Shown: piece by piece, positions 10,352 through 22,800 of the stretch
Position numbering within the stretch: the first letter of the stretch is position 1
Layout: each line of letters begins with the position of its first letter
Assembly: GCA_963509815.1 (NCBI GenBank)
Contig: CAUPCM010000005.1
Coordinates: forward strand, 149 to 64,148
Reading direction: 5' to 3'
From: an uncultured Atopobium sp.
GTDB taxonomy: Bacteria > Actinomycetota > Coriobacteriia > Coriobacteriales > Atopobiaceae
Length of the DNA: 64,000 nucleotides
Translations under genes and position numbers: made by a program
The notes under the pieces: generated by a model
Told to the model about the DNA's origin: nothing
What the model saw: only the letters and a program-made list of their open reading frames with translations
The model's database searches: none

Positions 10352-11638
10352 CTATGCGTTGGCCAACTTACTGTAGGTAGAGTGGACGTCTTCAAGCTTG
10401 ATGAGATTGCCTTCTGCATCGGTTGGAGCAGGAGCTATTTGCATTGATTCACTTACTGCTGTCAAATTCAGACGATCTGCATACCAAGGCGTTGGTGTTC
10501 CCTCAATAACTGGCGAGAAGAACGAGTCCATTTCTCCCATGTGTTCAGCAGAATCTCGCTTAGTAATAAATTCCTGCCATAAATACGCTGAATACGTATG
10601 TTTTGACCCCTGACATACAAATGACCTTATCGTAGAGAAATAAGAAGTGCCTGGCAGAATAACTGAAAGATTATCAAAATCATCTTTAGTAATTGCCCTA
10701 TACGCAGCGCTCAGCGGACAAACACAAGCCCTGTACCTGCCAAATCCTGTGTCTCTAATAGCTTGATAAGTACTCTCAGAAAATGCGTCAACATTTTCAA
10801 AGAGACTTTGGATAATTTGAGCCCCTTTATCCAGTCCATACTGACCTAAAAAGAGCGATTCAAACTTCTTTCCCGCATACGTAAGTGTGGGGTCAGGAAT
10901 AACATACCTTCCACGCAGGCCATCTGTAAGAAGATCGGTCCATTCGCGTGGACGCTGAATCTTTTTCTCGTTAAGGCGTTCTTGATTTACCAGTAAAACC
11001 AATGGATCTGCAGCGTAGGCATACCAGTGTCCGTTGGCGTCAAAAAACTCAGGGCGCACGTACTGGTCTGTTGAAGAAGCTTCAAACGGTTGACAATATG
11101 CGGAAGTCTCAAAATTTTGCATGAGAGCTTCGCTTGCCAAGAAAATGACATCGGGTTTCTCAAAACCCCAATCAGTGTCAGATTTAGTATCAGCAGTTTC
11201 AGACTCCGTGCTCTTATCAGAAACGTATGTTTGCTTAATAAACTCCTGAATTTCTTCCTCTGTTGCCTCACCCACCGTAACAGGCAGAGAAAACATTCTT
11301 GAATATGTTTCTACCAGGGGCTTTACCGCTTCTTTCGAGGTGCAAAGCAGGTTAAGAGAGCCTTCTCGCTGTGCAAGTTGAATGAGTGCTCGAGCGTAGC
11401 CAGGAACCTTTGAGTTAGGACGTGGTGGAAGGAGCTCGTTTTGAACGTAGGAAATTCCGGGGGTCAAAAAATTGACTACCGAAGTAATCACGGGAACTGC
11501 AATTGCTGAACCAGCCAAAAGCAAAAAAGAAGTTCGTGTAACAGAAGTGGCAGTTGGTGGAGTGATCTTCTCGTCAGGGTCTTTTGGTCCAAAAGTTTTA
11601 TGCATCTTCTGGCGCAGACTATCTGGGATAAACTTCAC
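10352..11638 (-). CDS. membrane-anchored extracellular solute-binding protein (ABC-type, Fe3+/polyamine/thiamine-like SBP fold), orphan
   Basis: 428 aa. A charged N-terminus is followed by one TM helix (FLLLAGSAIAVPVITSVV) and then an SBP-like domain (DVIFLASEALMQNF..., WYAYAADPLVLLVNQE). No permease or ATPase gene is adjacent. Confidence 0.55.
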   Translation of the reverse strand: MKFIPDSLRQKMHKTFGPKDPDEKITPPTATSVTRTSFLLLAGSAIAVPVITSVVNFLTPGISYVQNELLPPRPNSKVPGYARALIQLAQREGSLNLLCTSKEAVKPLVETYSRMFSLPVTVGEATEEEIQEFIKQTYVSDKSTESETADTKSDTDWGFEKPDVIFLASEALMQNFETSAYCQPFEASSTDQYVRPEFFDANGHWYAYAADPLVLLVNQERLNEKKIQRPREWTDLLTDGLRGRYVIPDPTLTYAGKKFESLFLGQYGLDKGAQIIQSLFENVDAFSESTYQAIRDTGFGRYRACVCPLSAAYRAITKDDFDNLSVILPGTSYFSTIRSFVCQGSKHTYSAYLWQEFITKRDSAEHMGEMDSFFSPVIEGTPTPWYADRLNLTAVSESMQIAPAPTDAEGNLIKLEDVHSTYSKLANA

Positions 11639-11682
11639 GCTACCTCCTTACCTGCTACATAATCTGTCTGGTCAAACAGATT

Positions 11683-12261
11683 TTATCCAAAAAAGGCTTT
11701 TAGTCCAATCAGGATAAGTACTACACCGCCAACCATCTCGGCACGGTCACCCAAAAGCGAGCCGAGTTTTTTACCAATAAACAATGCAATAGTGCAGAGG
11801 ATAGCGGTAATTATTCCAAAGAGTGCCGAGGCAACCAAAATGTCTACACTATATGCCCTAAAACTTACACCAACAGCAAATGCATCGATTGCTGTAGCAA
11901 CAGCTTGAAAGAGCAACTTTCCATAAGAGAGCGTCGTAGCACTTTGCAGGGCTTCTTCCTCATCTTCTTCAGAAGCATCTTCTTTGAGCGCCTTATAGCC
12001 GCTGTACAGCATGTTTGAACCAATGAAGCCAAGAATAACCAACGAGACAATACCTGCGTACTTCTCAATCAACTCTGCTGCAATGCCACCAACAAAATAA
12101 CCGGCAAGAGGCATGCCAAACTGAAAGAGACCAAAGAAAAGTGGCATACGCATAAGACGAGAAAACCTATGGTCATCAAAGGCAAAGGTGTTAGAGATAG
12201 TGACAGAGAACGCATCTGTTGCAAGCGCCACACCCAGCATTAAAATTTCAAGTAGACCCAT
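11683..12261 (-). CDS. mntP: manganese efflux pump MntP
   Basis: 192 aa. MGLLEILMLGVALATDAFSVTISN and a second AVATAIDAFAVGVS repeat match the MntP/YebN family architecture. Confidence 0.88.
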   Translation of the reverse strand: MGLLEILMLGVALATDAFSVTISNTFAFDDHRFSRLMRMPLFFGLFQFGMPLAGYFVGGIAAELIEKYAGIVSLVILGFIGSNMLYSGYKALKEDASEEDEEEALQSATTLSYGKLLFQAVATAIDAFAVGVSFRAYSVDILVASALFGIITAILCTIALFIGKKLGSLLGDRAEMVGGVVLILIGLKAFFG

Positions 12262-12366
12262 GTGTCAGTTCCCAGGTATCATTAAATCTTGTAACACGAA
12301 GGAGAAATTTTAACGCCTGTAAGCTGTTTTAGGCTACTCTTATATTGAAAAACTACGAGGAGTCTT

Positions 12367-13332
12367 ATGCCTGCTTTAATAACCCACTATCTGTTTGGCG
12401 CAGAGGTGGTTCATGATTTACCACAAGAGCTTGTTGCAACTGATGCAGAGGTCAATGCATTCCTGCTTGGAAACCAGGGTCCTGATCCCTTCCTAGCACG
12501 TCATCTTGCCTGGCCAAACCACTCGCTTGCCTGCAATAGACTACATCGTCGTATGCATGCAGGTCATATTGTTGACGCATTTCTTTCTATTCGTGATGGT
12601 GTTTCTCGCCTACCGCAGAACGACATGCCCGCTGGTCGTGCGTTTGCGCTTGGCCTCTTGGCTCACTACGCCCTGGATAGAATTGTCCATCCGTTTGTGT
12701 ATTCCCAGCAAGATGCACTGATTGAGGCGGAGCCATCTCTCAAAAATGCCTATAGAGAGCTCCATCCTATTATCGAAACGGATTTGGATTCATATCTTCT
12801 TTGGCACATGCGCCACACTACCGTTGAGACGTTTCCACCAGCTGAGGTGCTTGAAGCTGTTGAATCCACCAAACACGTTGGTGGCGCGCTCTTCTCGCAA
12901 GTAGCGCTTCAGGTCTTTGACCTTAATGTTGGTGTTGGTGAGTACGAGAAGGCCCTTCAGGATTATGCTCGCATCTACCATACTGTAGAGCGCACTGATC
13001 CTAAGTACACCACCAAGCTTCCTGACGTTTTGTATAAAACCGAGAAGTTCATGCGTCCTTCAAACAATTCATACGTTGCCGCAATGGCTCATCGTATTGT
13101 TAAGACTGAAGACTTCCCTACGGCAAACCTCAAGCATCTACCTTGGAAAGAGCCTTACACAGGAGAGATCAAGACTGAAAGCATTCTTGATCTTATGGAT
13201 GAAGCTCGAGAGTTCTACAAAGAGCTGGTTCAGGCAACTATTTTGGGTCAGAGGATTACCCTAGAAGAGCTGGTTGACGGCATCAATTACATGGGTAAGC
13301 CTGTTGTAGAAATGGTTGATGACGAGGACTAA
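12367..13332 (+). CDS. zinc-dependent phospholipase C family-like protein
   Basis: 321 aa beginning MPALITHYLFG, with His-rich motifs (GLLAHYALDRIVHPFVY) typical of this family of uncharacterised hydrolases. Confidence 0.6.
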   Translation: MPALITHYLFGAEVVHDLPQELVATDAEVNAFLLGNQGPDPFLARHLAWPNHSLACNRLHRRMHAGHIVDAFLSIRDGVSRLPQNDMPAGRAFALGLLAHYALDRIVHPFVYSQQDALIEAEPSLKNAYRELHPIIETDLDSYLLWHMRHTTVETFPPAEVLEAVESTKHVGGALFSQVALQVFDLNVGVGEYEKALQDYARIYHTVERTDPKYTTKLPDVLYKTEKFMRPSNNSYVAAMAHRIVKTEDFPTANLKHLPWKEPYTGEIKTESILDLMDEAREFYKELVQATILGQRITLEELVDGINYMGKPVVEMVDDED

Positions 13333-13381
13333 CTCGCAACAAAATACAAATGCGTTGAGCATTCAAACACGTAAGAGAAAA

Positions 13382-13866
13382 GCGGCTACTTGTGAACTGC
13401 CTCCCATTTCTTGGACACGAGAAATGGGAGGCAGTTCAAAACACACCTAAGTCAGATAATCTGTTAAAAAGACGTATACATGACGCAGAAATTACCACAA
13501 TCATGCAGATTATCGTCATTAGGTGTGTAAAATGCCCGCATCTGAGCAGAATATCTGACTTAGGTGTGTTCCGTAGATACAGAATTTATCGATAGTTAAA
13601 TTCCTTATATTTGCCTATTCATGTTCAAGCATATTAGGTTAAGTTTATGCATAGAAATGTATATCAAGCGGTGCAACCACCTAGCTTTCTGGCTATCTTG
13701 ATTAGGAACATGTAGATTCTTCGGCAGAACCTACCAAAGCTGCGCTATTTTGTGCGCCAGGCCTAAAAGCCGACGCTAACACGCTGCAGAATCATAATCA
13801 CCCGCATATGAACTGCCTCCCATTTCTTGGACATAAGAAATGGGAGGCAGTTCACTTGGTAGCCGC
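13382..13866. repeat. 485-bp non-coding element bounded by inverted repeats of about 56 bp, each containing its own 17-bp-stem hairpin (candidate MITE-like element)
   Basis: The left end 13382-13437 reads gcggctacttgtGAACTGCCTCCCATTTCttggacacgaGAAATGGGAGGCAGTTC. The right end 13810-13866 reads GAACTGCCTCCCATTTCttggacataaGAAATGGGAGGCAGTTCacttggtagccgc. An internal perfect 18-bp inverted repeat pairs acacacctaagtcagata (13441-13458) with tatctgacttaggtgtgt (13552-13569). I see no credible ORF inside. Confidence 0.6.
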
Positions 13867-13931
13867 CTTATTACTAACGCTTATCTGCAAACTGATGCAT
13901 GCTGTAGAAATGCATGCTGAAGAAGCTAGTT

Positions 13932-14300
13932 TTACAGAAGTGCTTCTTCCCATGCAGGCTCTTTAAATCCAAGAAGAATGGTATTGCCTGCAACAACCAA
14001 TGGGCGCTTGACCAGCATACCCGTGGTAGCAAGCAAATTATAGGCGTCACTATCGCTCATACCTGCATCAAGCTGCTCCTTGATGTTATTATCGCGATAT
14101 ACCATACCTGAAGTGTTGAAGAACTTTCTGATAGAAAGACCGCTCAGTTTGTGCCATTCAGCAAGCTCTTCTGCAGTTGGATTCTCCTCTTTAATATCAC
14201 GCAAAGTATAAGAAACACCATGCTCATCAAGCCATTTGAGGGCTCTCTTACACGTAGTGCAGCGAGAATAACAAAGAACCAAAATGTTTTTATCTACCAT
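13932..14300 (-). CDS. ArsC/Spx/MgsR family protein (arsenate-reductase-like thioredoxin fold)
   Basis: 122 aa. LCYSRCTTCKRALKWLDEHGVSY..., FFNTSG and LVKRPLVV are typical of the family. Confidence 0.8.
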   Translation of the reverse strand: MVDKNILVLCYSRCTTCKRALKWLDEHGVSYTLRDIKEENPTAEELAEWHKLSGLSIRKFFNTSGMVYRDNNIKEQLDAGMSDSDAYNLLATTGMLVKRPLVVAGNTILLGFKEPAWEEALL

Positions 14301-14321
14301 GACTGTTTCCTCTTGGATAGA

Positions 14322-14504
14322 TTATCGATTGCATAAGCGCAAACTATTTTGAGTAGAAAGCAATCCTAAAATCAATATTCCTAGAGATATACCATAGAGC
14401 ATACCAACAAATAGATCATTAACGTTTGATGCCACACTCAGGATGATTGCTAAAATCAAAAACATCATTCCAAGAGAAACATACTTACTTTTTAGTAGGT
14501 TCAT
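14322..14504 (-). CDS. small hypothetical membrane protein
   Basis: 60 aa with two hydrophobic helices. AAGGAG lies 8 nt upstream of the ATG, and the stop is 21 nt before the ArsC-like gene. Confidence 0.45.
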   Translation of the reverse strand: MNLLKSKYVSLGMMFLILAIILSVASNVNDLFVGMLYGISLGILILGLLSTQNSLRLCNR

Positions 14505-14574
14505 TTTTTCGTCTCCTTTTTACTGATAGTAACAAGGTAATATACATCACTACTTTGTTACTGAACATGCACAT

Positions 14575-16746
<2,172 letters not shown>

Positions 16747-19700
16747 TTATTTGCGTCCTCTTAAGGTTCTACCAAGAGCCTTAAGGGCTTCTCGACGTGC
16801 GCTGCCATAAGGTGCAATGGGGTCAATAATCTTGCGCAGAGGGCTTGCATCAGAAAGCGCGCGCTCGTGGAACTCTGTGACGTCGGAGTCATTTCTGGCG
16901 CCTGGCACCATATCCTGAATAATGACCTCGTAGAACGGAGTATTGCGCGCGTACTTCCAGAAATAAGAAGCCAAATCACAGCTGGCGTTCTGCCAAGGCT
17001 TAATAGCACCAGCAAAGTGAACAATCTTTGGAGCACGACGTGCTGCTTGATAATCATCAAAAACGCTGTTTGGCGCCATTGGATAGAGTTTCTCGGCACG
17101 GCCAAAAATGTTGTGTGTAACGTTCCAGTCAGCTGGTAGATAGACAACACGACCCTGGCACTCGCTGTTCAGAATATCTTGATCGTTGTAGATAAAGATT
17201 GGATTGGATGCAATGCGCAACCACTCTGGAACAGTGTGATAACGGCGCAGCTCAGCAGTATTGAAGACCATAACTCCTGCCTGGAAGTAGGCATAAGGAT
17301 TCTTAAGATTAAGGACGTCAAGGCTGTACTTCATGCGGTCTCCACCGCGAACGTTAAGGTTTGCCAGATAATCAATATCAAGCGTTGCGGCAATAAAATT
17401 GTTGCCCATTCTTACATCATACAGTTCAGCAACATTACCGTTAACCACAAGGTCAGAGTCAAGATAGACAACCTTATCGTAAGCAGAAAGAATGTCTTGA
17501 GCCAAGAAACGGAAGTATGTCTCAACACTAATATGAGCATTATTAGTGTCTAGCTTGTAATCTTTGACCATACGCCACACGTTATAGAACGTAATACGAG
17601 CATTCTTATAGCGCGAGAAGTACTTCTTGACCAACTCCTGCTTTGAGCCGCCAATATTGGTGTTAAGGACAACCACGTCGTAGAAGCGGTCAGGATCAGC
17701 GTTTTCAAGCATTGAACCCATAGCGCAGGTAAGAATTGGAACGTAGTTGTTGTCTGCTGCAAAGACAACAGGAACAACGTTCTGGCTTGCAATCTCAGGC
17801 TTCTCTTCAAAGAGAGGAATGAACTTCTGACGAGGCTCTGGATTGGTAAAGTGAATGCACTGGAGCTCTTTTACCTTCCAGTTTTTGCCCTCTGTACGCA
17901 ACATATGCATACGCCAGATATTAAAGAGGCGCTCAGTCAGATGACCTGGGGTTCTTAGGGCCTCTTTGCTATAAGTGGACATATCAGTACGGGCAGTCCA
18001 CTCGTCAACAAGTGGGAACACCCATGCTGCATAGCGATCAAAGAGCTCTTTACGCATGATATACATGTTGCAGAAGCACTGCTGATGACCATTGAGAAAA
18101 GCGTTTACGTCCTCTGCATACTCTGGATGTCGCTCAACGATAAGCGCAGCCATGGTATCCATATCCTTTGGATGGAGTAGCGGAGCGGAATGGTACTGCT
18201 CAAGAGGTGTATTAGCGCTTCCAGGGAATTTGCTAATATCCTTTACCCCAGTGGTAATGAGGTCATAGCCCTCAATGCACTGAGCAATGGTCTGATCATC
18301 AAGACCATATTTCTTGATGGCATCCTCATCAATGAAGTCATCCATAACCTCACCAAACGGATTTTCTGGATAAACCGTATCGGAAAAGTTGAAGTAGCGA
18401 CGATAATGACCAAAGCCAACATAGCGAACATTGGTGATGTTCTTCCATGCCCAATACTGTGTAGTCATCTCACAGTACATGGGGTTTTTCTCGGTAATGG
18501 TATCGCCCTCATCGTCATGGAGCATATACGTAAAGCGATTGGTCTTCTGGCCTGGTCCTACCTGGATAGGCTGAAGGTAGTTACTTGCAGGAACATCAAC
18601 ATCTTTGTGAGAAGTAATCAGAATGCGAATAGGCTGCTGCTCAAACATCTTTACCATGTGCTTTCTCTCTAGATATTCCATGTGCTCATCGGCAAACTGT
18701 TTCATGCGAACTGCCCTATCAAACGACAGTCCCTCATCCTGATGCATGAGAGCGGCATATTTCTTTGCATATGTCCTATAGCGATATGCATCGCTGTCTT
18801 CTGGAAGCTCTGTACCAGTGGCAATGGCCTCGTATGCTTTATCTCTTACAAAGCGATAGAGCTCTCGAGCAGCTACTGATGGTCCAAAGAGAATGGCAAA
18901 CGGCTCAAGGGCTGCCTCTTGATCTTCAGGAGCAAGACGAGACTTCCAGTCTCCAATCAAAAGCTCCATCAGTTTGTGCTTCATACCTTCAAAAGACCTC
19001 ACGTAAGCAGCATTGTCTGCTTTGCCAATATAAAGCTCTGTCTGTTCAATATTGTCTAAGAACTGATAACAGAACTCACCAAACTTATCTAAAGAAATGC
19101 GAGAAGCTCCTGTTACACCAATACCAAAGTGGTAGAGAAGACCTCTGCAGGATTCAAATCCATCAGCAGACTGAGCCTTATCGGAAAGAACAAATACCTC
19201 ATAGGCATCTTCTGCTCTTACTAGACGCTCTGAAGTCATCTCTGCAAAAGCAGAACGGAAAAGCTCTCCACGATATAGACGCTGTGTAGTACGCCAATCA
19301 ATCTTCTGGCCATAACCTTCATCGTAGATAGCACAAAGGACTTCTTCACCCTGTGTTAAGTGGGACTGCTGGTTGATGAAGTTACCAAAGCCTTCTGCCT
19401 CAGCTTCACTTACACCATTTTCTGGAATAACAGTAATGCCCAGATGAAGAATATCAACAGGGTTCTGATCAATACGAGCAACTACCTGCTCAAGAAAATC
19501 AGGAGTAACCTCATCATCACCGTCTAGGCAAAAGACCCACTCGCCTTTTGTATGAGCTGCAGCAGTTTTACGTGCAAGATGAAGTCCCTGGTTAGTTGCA
19601 TGAGTAACAACTTTGAACCTTTTGTCATCCCCTACTGCCGTAACGATTTTCTCTGGAGTGGAATCTGTTGAGGCGTCATCAACAATAATTGCTTCAAAAT

Positions 19701-19791
19701 CACCAAACGTCTGATTCTTTACGCTTTGAATACAACGCCCAATGTACGATTCGATGTTGTATGCAGGAATTACAAAAGAAACCTTAGGCAT
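16747..19791 (-). CDS. three-domain glycosyltransferase: N-terminal GT2, central DUF4422-like, C-terminal GT8
   Basis: 1014 aa. GT2 domain: VSFVIPAYNIESYIGRCIQSVKNQTFGDFEAIIVDDASTD. DUF4422-like domain: IRILITSHKD...YCEMTTQYWAWKN...GFGHYRRYF. GT8 domain: VPVVFAADNNYVPIL...VVYLDSDLVVNGNVAELY...YFQAGVMVFN. Confidence 0.8.
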   Translation of the reverse strand: MPKVSFVIPAYNIESYIGRCIQSVKNQTFGDFEAIIVDDASTDSTPEKIVTAVGDDKRFKVVTHATNQGLHLARKTAAAHTKGEWVFCLDGDDEVTPDFLEQVVARIDQNPVDILHLGITVIPENGVSEAEAEGFGNFINQQSHLTQGEEVLCAIYDEGYGQKIDWRTTQRLYRGELFRSAFAEMTSERLVRAEDAYEVFVLSDKAQSADGFESCRGLLYHFGIGVTGASRISLDKFGEFCYQFLDNIEQTELYIGKADNAAYVRSFEGMKHKLMELLIGDWKSRLAPEDQEAALEPFAILFGPSVAARELYRFVRDKAYEAIATGTELPEDSDAYRYRTYAKKYAALMHQDEGLSFDRAVRMKQFADEHMEYLERKHMVKMFEQQPIRILITSHKDVDVPASNYLQPIQVGPGQKTNRFTYMLHDDEGDTITEKNPMYCEMTTQYWAWKNITNVRYVGFGHYRRYFNFSDTVYPENPFGEVMDDFIDEDAIKKYGLDDQTIAQCIEGYDLITTGVKDISKFPGSANTPLEQYHSAPLLHPKDMDTMAALIVERHPEYAEDVNAFLNGHQQCFCNMYIMRKELFDRYAAWVFPLVDEWTARTDMSTYSKEALRTPGHLTERLFNIWRMHMLRTEGKNWKVKELQCIHFTNPEPRQKFIPLFEEKPEIASQNVVPVVFAADNNYVPILTCAMGSMLENADPDRFYDVVVLNTNIGGSKQELVKKYFSRYKNARITFYNVWRMVKDYKLDTNNAHISVETYFRFLAQDILSAYDKVVYLDSDLVVNGNVAELYDVRMGNNFIAATLDIDYLANLNVRGGDRMKYSLDVLNLKNPYAYFQAGVMVFNTAELRRYHTVPEWLRIASNPIFIYNDQDILNSECQGRVVYLPADWNVTHNIFGRAEKLYPMAPNSVFDDYQAARRAPKIVHFAGAIKPWQNASCDLASYFWKYARNTPFYEVIIQDMVPGARNDSDVTEFHERALSDASPLRKIIDPIAPYGSARREALKALGRTLRGRK

Positions 19792-19871
19792 ACCAACTCC
19801 TTATAAATAAGCAATCTCAACTATCTTCTATCTTATCTAAAATGTGCCTCTCTTGGGCGTGCAAAAGATGT

Positions 19872-22800
19872 CTACTCGACGCTCTTCAAGCTCTCCACCA
19901 TATCAATATTTTTGAGTTTTGGCCGCATGGCAACATACACTAACAGCGAGAAAACAAGCGTAAGTCCAAAGGCAAACCAATAACTTGGTGCATGGATAGC
20001 TCGACCAAACATAACAAGATCAATCTCAGCAGTTTGGACTACAAATCCCTCAAGATACGTTCCTAGAACAAGTCCAAAGAGTGCTCCAAAGACGGCTAGT
20101 AACGCAATTTCTCTAAAGACATAGGCATCAACTTCATGGCGCGTAAATCCAAGAACTTTGAGGCTGGCAATCTCTCTAATACGTTCTTCAATATTGATAT
20201 TAGTGAGGTTATACAAGACGATAAAAGCCAACAGAGCTGCGGCCACAATAAGAATGGCTACCACGCGATTAACTACGGCAAGTGATTCTTTGTAGGTATG
20301 AATAGCCTCATTGACATCATCTACTGTTGCAACTCCTGCCTGGTTAATAAGCTTTTCTCCAAACGCATCTCTTGTTGTTTGATTCTCGGGAAGCGTTGCA
20401 TACCAGCCATCCGTGGCGTCATCTTGAATGCCCAGGGAATGCCATGCAGAAGGTCCCACATATAGATACGACCCAACGTAATTCTCGGCAACTCCTGTAA
20501 TAGTAAGCGTGCTTGGCTCACCTGAAGCGTTTCCAATTCTGTCTTGAGCATAGACCTGAATGGTATCTCCCACACCTACACCAAGCCGTTTTGCAAGCTT
20601 CTCTGTAATTACTACCGAGTCTTCTCCAAGCTCTATTGCTTGACCAGAAAGGCGATTACGCAGGGTTACTAAACCGGTGAGGTCTTGAAGAGAATTGCTG
20701 GTCATAATAGTTGTTCTTGTCAGCGAGCCTGCCTTTTGTGTAGGTGACTCAAGAAGAACATTTTCTCTTGTTATGCGATGAATATTTGTGGCGCCCACTT
20801 GATTGAGCTGTGCATTAATCTGATCAGCTTCTTCCTCAGAAACATCGGAGGTCATTCCCACAATGTAGTCATAATGCGAGATAGCTGGCCATTGGTTATC
20901 AATGATGTCGCTAATAGAATCTCTAAGGCCAAAAGCCACTAATAAGAGTGCGGTACATCCAGCAATTCCCACCAGCGTCATAATCAAGCGTCGCTTATAG
21001 CGGACAAGGTTTCTGATTGTAACTTTCCACGAGAAAGACAATCTGGACCATAGAGGCTTAACGCGCTCAAGCAAAATCTTTGAGCCCGCTTTTGGAGCTT
21101 TTGGAAGCATGAGGCTAGAAGGCTCTTCTTTCAGTGAGGATAAGACGGCAGCCGTGGTTGAAAGAAGCGTGATGCCTATACCAGAAAGTCCTGAAAGTAG
21201 TGCACTATCTAGCTGAATAGGGTAAGGAGCTCCCCCATTTGGGATGGTGTAAATAGACCCGTAAGCAGAGACAATAACGCCTGGCAGCACCTGACTTAAA
21301 CACGCTATGCCAATAACAGCACCTAAAAGCGAAGCAGACAAGGCATATAGCAGGTACTTTGCCGCAATCTGAACAGTTGAGTAGCCAAGCGCCTTATGAA
21401 CGCCAATAAGCGTGCGCTCTTCAGATACCATGCGCGTCATGCTGGTAAGTGACACCAAAGCAGCCACCAAGAAGAACATCAGCGGGAACACATTGGCAAT
21501 ATCGTTGATACGCTCAGAGTCCGCTTGATACGCTGCAATGCCAATCTCTTTTGTGCGATCAAGTATATACACATCGGGCTCTTTGAGCTCGTCAATTTTC
21601 TTTTGAGCTTCATCAATTTTTGCCTGACCATCAGCAAGTTGCTTCTCAACCTCAGCGCGTTGCTCCTCAAGACTCCGTCTTCCCTCATTAGTCTGAGCTT
21701 CTGCACTTTGGAGGGCTGTTTGACCTGCGCTCAGGCGACTAAGCGACGCAGCAAGTTTTTCTTGAGCCGCAGCTAACTGATCTGCGGTAGCACTTCTCGC
21801 CTCACTCAAATCCTGACGCGCCTGAGCCACTTGTGACTCTGCCTCATGTAGTTGAGCCGTACGCTGATCTAGCTCTTCTCGCGCTGCTGCTAAAGCCTGC
21901 TGCTGGGAAGCCAGCTCTGCCTCCGCAGCGCTAATCTGCGCCTGTGTGGCGAGAAGAGCGTCCGCTTGCGAGGTTGGTAGACCTAAAGCACTGAGCTGCT
22001 GCTGTGCTTCTTCTAGTGTAGAAGCCGTAATTCCTTGCGCAGCAAGTCCCGAAAGAAACGCATCTCTACCCGCTTCAAACGCACTCTTTTGCTGTGTAAA
22101 CGTTGCTTGTCCTGCATTAAAAGCGGCAAGGCCAGCCTGATACTGAGCCTCTCCTGCACTAAGCTCAGCTGTTCCCTGGGCTATCTGAGCCTCTGAAGCT
22201 GCAATCTGAGCTTCCGCATGGGCAAATTGCTGCTCAGCACGGTAGCGCGAAGCAGTAAGCTGCTGACGTCCTGCATCATATTGGCGCTGACCATCAGCCA
22301 GCTTTTGCTGCTGAGCGGAAATCTGTGCCTCTGCATCGTCCAGCTTCTTCTGGGCATCCCCTAGTTTATCTGCGGCCTCTTGTCTTGATTGCTCCAGCTT
22401 TTGACGAGCCTCATCAACCTGTGCTTGCGCGTCATCTTTGAGCTCTTGCAAACGAAGAGCAGCAAGTGACGGATTCATCTGTGCAATGCGTTCTGCAACG
22501 CTATCAACTGCACTCTGATACGCCGATGAGCCGCTCTTATACCTGGTAGCACCCTGAACCGTCAAATACACTTCGGTATAAGGGTCATCGTCTGCAAAAG
22601 CATCTTCAGTGACATACACAAACTGCTGCACAATGCCATTGCCTAACGATGTGGTGCCAAAATTGCTTACATACGGATAGGTTGGCGCATTTACAAAACC
22701 AACAACCGTGTACGAGCCGCCCTTTAAATGAACGCCGTTTGAAGTATCTGGCAGCTCAATCTGTTGACCAAGGCTGATATCAGCACGTTTCTTGGGATCA

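Noticed and set aside
12262-12366. Possible yybP-ykoY manganese riboswitch upstream of mntP.
   Set aside because: Only a weak resemblance is present (AGAGTAGCC versus the conserved GGGGAGUAG). The conserved 3' GAGAC-type element and the pairing P1 arms are not evident, and the leader is only about 105 nt. A covariance-model scan would settle the question.
13392-13595. 67-aa ORF inside the inverted-repeat-bounded element.
   Set aside because: It starts inside the terminal hairpin, has no RBS, has an odd composition and matches no family I recognise. It is most likely a chance ORF in AT-rich non-coding DNA.
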